Source of the DNA: Candidatus Rokuibacteriota bacterium
Lineage (GTDB): Bacteria; Methylomirabilota; Methylomirabilia; Rokubacteriales; DASRDR01
Assembly: GCA_044866005.1 (NCBI GenBank)
Contig: JBIOTN010000003.1
Location: 1-18,240, forward strand
Length of the DNA stretch: 18,240 nucleotides
Reading direction: 5' to 3'
In this document: one piece after another, positions 13,553 through 18,240 of the stretch
Numbering within the stretch: the stretch's first letter is position 1
Layout of the letters: each line of letters opens with the position of its first letter
The notes under the pieces: model-generated
Told to the model about the DNA's origin: nothing
What the model saw: the letters and a program-made list of their open reading frames with translations, nothing else
Databases searched by the model: none
Program-made: the position numbers and the translations under genes

Positions 13553-15778
13553 CTGCTCGCGATCTACGCCGTCACGATCTTCCTCAGCGCGGGCCTGCTC
13601 TTCGCCGTACAGCCGATGTTCGGCCGCATGGCCCTGCCGCTCCTGGGAGGCGCCCCCGCCGTCTGGAACACCACGCTGGTCTTCTACCAGGCCGTGCTGC
13701 TCGCGGGATATGCGTACGCGCACGTGGCGACCGCCTGGCTCGGCGCGCGCCGCCAGGCGGTGGTCCACCTCGGCCTCATGCTGCTGCCGCTCCTGAGCCT
13801 GCCCATCGCCATTCCCACGGGCGCGACGCCGCCCAGCCAGGAGAACCCGATCCCCTGGCTCCTCGCCCTTCTCGCGACCGCGGTGGGGCTGCCGTTCTTC
13901 GTCGTCTCGACCACGAATCCGCTGCTCCAGAAGTGGTTCGCCGGGACGGCACACCCGGCCGCCGCCGATCCCTACTTCCTCTACGCGGCGAGCAATCTCG
14001 GCAGCATGCTCGGGCTCGTCGCCTACCCGCTCCTGCTCGAGCCGCACCTCCGGCTCCGCGAGCAGACCCGACTCTGGGCCGGTGGGTACGCGGTGCTGCT
14101 CGTGCTGACCGCGGCCTGCGCGATCGCCCTGTGGCGCGCGCCCCGGACGGTGAGCGCGGCCCCGGCCCGCGAGGTCGCCCCCGGCGGCGCGCGGGAGCGG
14201 GCCGGCGCGCGGGCCGAGCTCCGGCGTCGCCTCCGGTGGATGCTCCTGGCCTTCGTCCCGTCGAGCCTGATGCTCGGCGTGACGACCTATCTGTCGACCG
14301 ACGTCGCGCCGATCCCGCTCTTCTGGGTCGTGCCGCTCGCCATCTACCTCTTGACCGGGAGCCTGGTCTTCGCCCCCCGCCCGCCCCTGCCTCACCGCCT
14401 GATGGTGCAGCTCCTGCCGTTCGCGATCCTCCCGCTCGTGATGGTCCTGGTCGCCCGGGCGACCGGCCCGCTGGCCCTGGTGATGCCGCCGCACCTGCTC
14501 GCGCTCTTCTTCGCCGCGATGGTCTGTCACGGCGAGCTGGCCGCCGACCGCCCGGCGACCTCCCGCCTCACCGAGTTCTATTTCTGGATCTCGCTCGGGG
14601 GCGTCGTGGGCGGCGTCTTCACCGCCCTCGTCGCCCCGCTCGTCTTTGCCGTGGTCCTCGAGTACCCGCTCGCGCTGATCCTGGCCTGCCTCCTGACCCC
14701 CGCGCTCCGGCCGGCGCCGGCCGGGTGGCGGCCGGCCGTGCTGGACGTCGTCCTGCCGGTCGCGCTGGGGGGCGTGGCGGTCGGCCTCCTGGCCGTCGCG
14801 CAGGGCGACGGGTCCCCTGCCGCGCGCGCCAACGTCGGGCTCGTGTTCGGGCTGCTCGTCTTGATCGCCGGCACCTTCTGCCGCCGGCCGGTCCGCTTCG
14901 GACTCGGCATCGGCGTGGTGCTGCTGGCCGGCACCTCCTACCTCGGCCAGGAGGGGCGCGTCCTCCGCGCCGAGCGGACCTTCTTCGGCATCCACCGCGT
15001 CACCGTCGATCCCGCCGCCCGGTTCCACCTCCTGCTCCACGGCACCACGCTTCACGGAATGCAGAGCCTCGATCCGACCCGCCGGCGCGAGCCGCTCGCG
15101 TACGGCCACGCCACCGGCCCGGTCGGTCAGCTCTTCGCGGCGCTCCGCGGAACGGACCTGCCGCGGACGGTCGCCGTGGTCGGGCTCGGCACCGGATCGC
15201 TCGCCTGCCACGGCGAGCGCGGGCAGCGCTGGACGTTCTACGAGATCGACCCGGCGGTCGAGCGGATCGCCCGCGACGTCCGCTTCTTCACCTTCATGCG
15301 CGACTGCCCGCCCGACGTCACGGTCGTCCTCGGCGACGCGCGGCGCTCCCTGGCGCGGGCGCCCAGCGGGCAGTTCGACCTCATGATCCTGGACGCCTAC
15401 AGCTCGGACGCGCCGCCGCTTCACCTGATCACCCGCGAGGCGCTCGCCCTCTACCTGGACCGGCTCTCGCCCCACGGCATCCTCGCCTTCCACATCTCGA
15501 ACCGCCACGTGGACTTCGAGCCCGCGCTCGCCGGGCTGGCGCAGGACGCCGGCCTGACCTGTCTCTTCCAGGAGGACGCCGTGCCTAGCCCGGCCCAGCG
15601 TGCGGACGGCAAGCGCGCCTCGCGCTGGGCCGTCATGGCGCGGAGCCCGGGGCCACTCGGCCGGCTGGCCGCGGATCCGCGCTGGAGACTCTCCTCCACC
15701 GGGGCCAACGGCGCGGTGTGGACGGACGACTTCGCGAGCCTGGTCGGCGCCTTCCGCTGGCGCCCCGAGCGAAATTAA
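13553..15778 (+). CDS. Fused multi-TM membrane domain / spermidine-synthase-like SAM-binding protein
   Basis: Many TM helices with YAASNLGS and CHGEL motifs, then VVGLGTGSL, FYEIDP, GDAR and LDAYSSD. The hydrophobic N-terminal helix extends 21 codons upstream of ATG 13616 to a CTG preceded by GGGAGG. Confidence 0.88.
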   Translation: MLAIYAVTIFLSAGLLFAVQPMFGRMALPLLGGAPAVWNTTLVFYQAVLLAGYAYAHVATAWLGARRQAVVHLGLMLLPLLSLPIAIPTGATPPSQENPIPWLLALLATAVGLPFFVVSTTNPLLQKWFAGTAHPAAADPYFLYAASNLGSMLGLVAYPLLLEPHLRLREQTRLWAGGYAVLLVLTAACAIALWRAPRTVSAAPAREVAPGGARERAGARAELRRRLRWMLLAFVPSSLMLGVTTYLSTDVAPIPLFWVVPLAIYLLTGSLVFAPRPPLPHRLMVQLLPFAILPLVMVLVARATGPLALVMPPHLLALFFAAMVCHGELAADRPATSRLTEFYFWISLGGVVGGVFTALVAPLVFAVVLEYPLALILACLLTPALRPAPAGWRPAVLDVVLPVALGGVAVGLLAVAQGDGSPAARANVGLVFGLLVLIAGTFCRRPVRFGLGIGVVLLAGTSYLGQEGRVLRAERTFFGIHRVTVDPAARFHLLLHGTTLHGMQSLDPTRRREPLAYGHATGPVGQLFAALRGTDLPRTVAVVGLGTGSLACHGERGQRWTFYEIDPAVERIARDVRFFTFMRDCPPDVTVVLGDARRSLARAPSGQFDLMILDAYSSDAPPLHLITREALALYLDRLSPHGILAFHISNRHVDFEPALAGLAQDAGLTCLFQEDAVPSPAQRADGKRASRWAVMARSPGPLGRLAADPRWRLSSTGANGAVWTDDFASLVGAFRWRPERN

Positions 15779-15780
15779 CT

Positions 15781-15804
15781 TCGGGGGGGTTCGGACCCCC
15801 CCGA
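15781..15804. repeat. Perfect G/C-run palindrome between convergent genes (REP-like element or terminator)
   Basis: TCGGGGGGGT-TCGG-ACCCCCCCGA, a 10-bp stem starting 2 nt after the stop at 15778. Confidence 0.6.
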
Positions 15805-15871
15805 TGCCCCCGCCGTGGCGCCGGCAAGACGCCGGTGCTCGGAGCGCACCCGCGGCTGACCGCGAGAGCCG

Positions 15872-16654
15872 CTACCGGGCGCCGAAGGCCCGCCGCACGT
15901 TGTCGGCCAGGATTGCCACGACCTCGGCGAGCGGGCGGGCCACGAGGCGGGCGACCGCGGCCGCCGCGGGCCCGAGCATCGCCGGCTCCCCCACCCGGCC
16001 CGCGAACTCGCCGCCGTGCGCCCAGGGTCCGTCGGATTCGAGGAGGACGTGGCGCAACGGCACGTCCCGGACGAGGGCCTGGTCACGCTCGCGGTAGACG
16101 ACCGCGGGGGTGATCCCGACGAAGTGGCCGGCCTCGACGATCCGCCGCGTGACGGCACGGTCGGCCTTGTGCCAGTGAAACACCGCCCGCTCGACGCCGC
16201 CGCGGGTCACCAGCTCGAGCGCGTCCACGGCGGCGCCGTGCGGGGCGTGGAGCGAGACGGGAAGGTCGAGCCGCCGCGCGACGTCGAGGAGCCGCCGGAG
16301 GCGCTCGCGGCCGACGGCCGCGAGGGCCGCCGCGTCGCCCCGGCCCCGGAGGCTGTACCAGGGCAGGCCGACCTCGCCGACCGCTCTCAGCTCGGCCCGG
16401 GCCGCCTGGAGCTGCGCCTCGACCGTCTCGACGTCCTCCGCCCCGAGATCGAGGCGCTCCGGATGATAGCCGAGGGCCGGCCACACGTCAGCGTGGCGCC
16501 GGGCGAGCGCGAGCACCGTCTCGTTGGCCCGGGGGTCGGTGCCGACGGCGAGCACGTGGTCGACGCCAGCGCGGTGGGCGCGGGCCAGGACCGCCTCCAC
16601 GTCGGCGAATGCGGGGTCGGCGAGATGGCAGTGGGTGTCGGTGAGCCCGCTCAC
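15872..16654 (-). CDS. tatD: TatD-family metal-dependent hydrolase
   Basis: DTHCHL, GYHP, VGEVGL, FHW and LESDGP motifs. Confidence 0.88.
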   Translation of the reverse strand: MSGLTDTHCHLADPAFADVEAVLARAHRAGVDHVLAVGTDPRANETVLALARRHADVWPALGYHPERLDLGAEDVETVEAQLQAARAELRAVGEVGLPWYSLRGRGDAAALAAVGRERLRRLLDVARRLDLPVSLHAPHGAAVDALELVTRGGVERAVFHWHKADRAVTRRIVEAGHFVGITPAVVYRERDQALVRDVPLRHVLLESDGPWAHGGEFAGRVGEPAMLGPAAAAVARLVARPLAEVVAILADNVRRAFGAR

Positions 16655-16739
16655 CGCGCGGAATCGCGGGGGCGGTCGGGGCGCGGGGCGCGGCCGCCCG
16701 GACGTCGGCCGACGACCGGGGCGCCGCCCCGGGAAAGCG

Positions 16740-18077
16740 CTACTCCCCGGCCACCGTCATGCGCGAGACCTTGAGCGTCGGCGCAGCCGTCTGGTCCCGA
16801 AACGAGAGGTCGGCGCCGATCATCTCGATGTTCCGGAAGATCTCGCCCAGGTTGCCGGCGATGGTGATCTCTTCGACGGGATACGTGAGCTGCCCGTGCT
16901 CGATCCAGTGGCCGACGGCGCCCCGGGAGTAGTCGCCGGTCACGAAATTGATGCCGAAGCCGATCAGCTCCGTGACGTAGAGCCCCCGCTCCACCGAGCC
17001 GACGATCGCCTCGGGCGTGTGGGCGCCCGGCTCCAGATAGAGGTTCGTGTAGCCGACGGTCACGCCGCCGCCCCCCTCGCGCGCCGCGTGGCCGGTCGGC
17101 GCGAGGCCGAGCTTCCGGGCGCTGTAGGTGTCCAGGAGGTAGCTGGAGAGGACGCCCCGGTCCACCAGGACGGTCCGCCGACTGGGCAGCCCCTCGCCGT
17201 CGAACGGGCGCGAGCCGAGCCCGCCCGGCATGAGCGCGTCGTCCACGATCGTCACCGACGGCGCGGCGAGATGCTCGCCGAGACGACCGATCAGGAAAGA
17301 GGTGCCGCGATAGAGGCTCGGCCCCGACGCCGCGACCGCGAGCGCGCGCACCAGGCTGGCCGCGGTCTCGGGATCGAAGACGACCGGGACCTCGGTGGTC
17401 CCCTGCTTCCGAGCTCCCAGCCGGCGGCACGCCCGCCGCGCCGCCTCGCGCCCGATCGCCTCCGGGCTCTCCACCCCGGAGAGCTTCCGCGCCGCGCTGT
17501 ACCAGTAGTCGCGCTCCATGTGGCCGTTGTCGACCGCGATCGGGGTCACCGAGAGCGCGAACGACGACACGCGGAAGCGGCCGGCGAAGCCGCCCGTCGC
17601 CGCGTAGGCGACGTGGCTCTGCCGGTCGTAGAACTCGGCGCCCTCGGAGTTCTGGACGCGGGGGTCGGCCTCCATCGCGGCCGCCTCGGCCCGGCGCGCC
17701 CGGTCCACCTTCTCCTCGACGGGCAGCGCGTGGCCGTCGCGGTCCCAGAGGTCGAGGTCCGGGTAGCCCCGCGCGAGGGTCTCGGGCGCCGGGAGGCCCG
17801 AATGCTCGTCCCGCTGGGTCACGCGCGCGAGGCCGACGGCCTCGTCGACCAGCCGGGCGAGCGCGTCCGGGGACAGGTCGGACGAGGTCGCCGACGCCGA
17901 GCCGGTCCCGGTGAAGATGCGGAGCGAGCAGCGGTTCTCGCGCGCGTGCTTGAGGGACTCGATCTGCCCCAGGCGCACCTGGACCGTCTGCACCTCCTCC
18001 TCCACCAGGAAGGCGTCGGCCTCGATGGCTCCCTGGGCCCGCGCCCGGCTCAGCAATCCCTCCAGCCTATCCACCAT
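16740..18077 (-). CDS. pmbA: TldD/PmbA family protein (PmbA/TldE type)
   Basis: Start placed at ATG 18077 (MVDRLEGLL); motifs GSRPFDGEG, TGHA, TGDYSRGAVG and EEITIAGNL; no HExxH zinc motif, so PmbA rather than TldD. Confidence 0.9.
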   Translation of the reverse strand: MVDRLEGLLSRARAQGAIEADAFLVEEEVQTVQVRLGQIESLKHARENRCSLRIFTGTGSASATSSDLSPDALARLVDEAVGLARVTQRDEHSGLPAPETLARGYPDLDLWDRDGHALPVEEKVDRARRAEAAAMEADPRVQNSEGAEFYDRQSHVAYAATGGFAGRFRVSSFALSVTPIAVDNGHMERDYWYSAARKLSGVESPEAIGREAARRACRRLGARKQGTTEVPVVFDPETAASLVRALAVAASGPSLYRGTSFLIGRLGEHLAAPSVTIVDDALMPGGLGSRPFDGEGLPSRRTVLVDRGVLSSYLLDTYSARKLGLAPTGHAAREGGGGVTVGYTNLYLEPGAHTPEAIVGSVERGLYVTELIGFGINFVTGDYSRGAVGHWIEHGQLTYPVEEITIAGNLGEIFRNIEMIGADLSFRDQTAAPTLKVSRMTVAGE

Positions 18078-18114
18078 TCGGAGCTCCGACGCCGGGCCGA
18101 GAAGCGAGCAGATC

Positions 18115-18240
18115 CAGATGGAATGAAGCGGCTGACCTCCCCCGCGACGTGGTGGCATACACTGCCCCACAAGCAAACGCGGTCTGTGCCGCAAGCGAAG
18201 GAGGCCAGCCATGGAACATAGTGGCATCGACGTGCACAAG
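18115..18240 (+). mobile_element. Probable left end of an IS110-family element (boundary approximate)
   Basis: About 95 nt of noticeably less GC-rich non-coding sequence precedes the GIDVHK ORF and begins about 40 nt upstream of the divergent pmbA start. Confidence 0.55.
18211..18240 (+). CDS. IS110-family transposase/recombinase, first 10 codons only
   Basis: SD AAGGAGG, then MEHSGIDVHK, matching the N-terminal GIDxxK (first DEDD Asp) signature of IS110 transposases. Confidence 0.7.
   Translation, partial: MEHSGIDVHK

Noticed and set aside
12083..18221. Long alternative-frame ORFs (e.g. 12289-13521, 13523-15508, 13933-15588, 16524-18221)
   Set aside because: They are Arg/Pro/Gly-rich or antisense shadows overlapping well-supported genes, as expected at this GC content.
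18078..18239. N-terminal 54-aa extension of PmbA given in the ORF track
   Set aside because: It runs through the IS-like leader and overlaps the divergent transposase start; PmbA-like sequence begins at Met 18077.

Overview
Very GC-rich bacterial DNA. The gene content and style are reminiscent of Methylomirabilota/Rokubacteria, but that is inference only. From left to right: (1) a minus-strand sulfur/selenium-relay-type operon with a near-consensus sigma70 promoter. It encodes a DsrH/TusB-like protein, a DsrE/TusD-like protein, a DsrF/TusC-like protein, an atypical TusA and a DsrE2-like protein that runs off the left edge. The DsrE/TusD-like gene has an in-frame UGA exactly at the catalytic Cys position (WYV-U-GLCCVERG) followed by a SECIS-like hairpin, so it is very likely a selenoprotein that the ORF track truncates. 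(2) Housekeeping genes: a CinA-like protein, a FabL/FabI-like enoyl-ACP reductase, uppP, and an amidohydrolase preceded by two small membrane ORFs. (3) A self-contained sigma54 module: histidine kinase, NtrC-type activator, a perfect -24/-12 promoter, an exported Gly/Ser/Lys- and Ala-rich low-complexity protein, and a TPR protein. (4) A DnaJ/CbpA-like protein, an M20 peptidase, a fused membrane/spermidine-synthase-like protein with a probable CUG start, TatD and PmbA/TldE. (5) The left end and first 10 codons of a probable IS110-family transposase at the right edge. No tRNA, rRNA or CRISPR array was seen.
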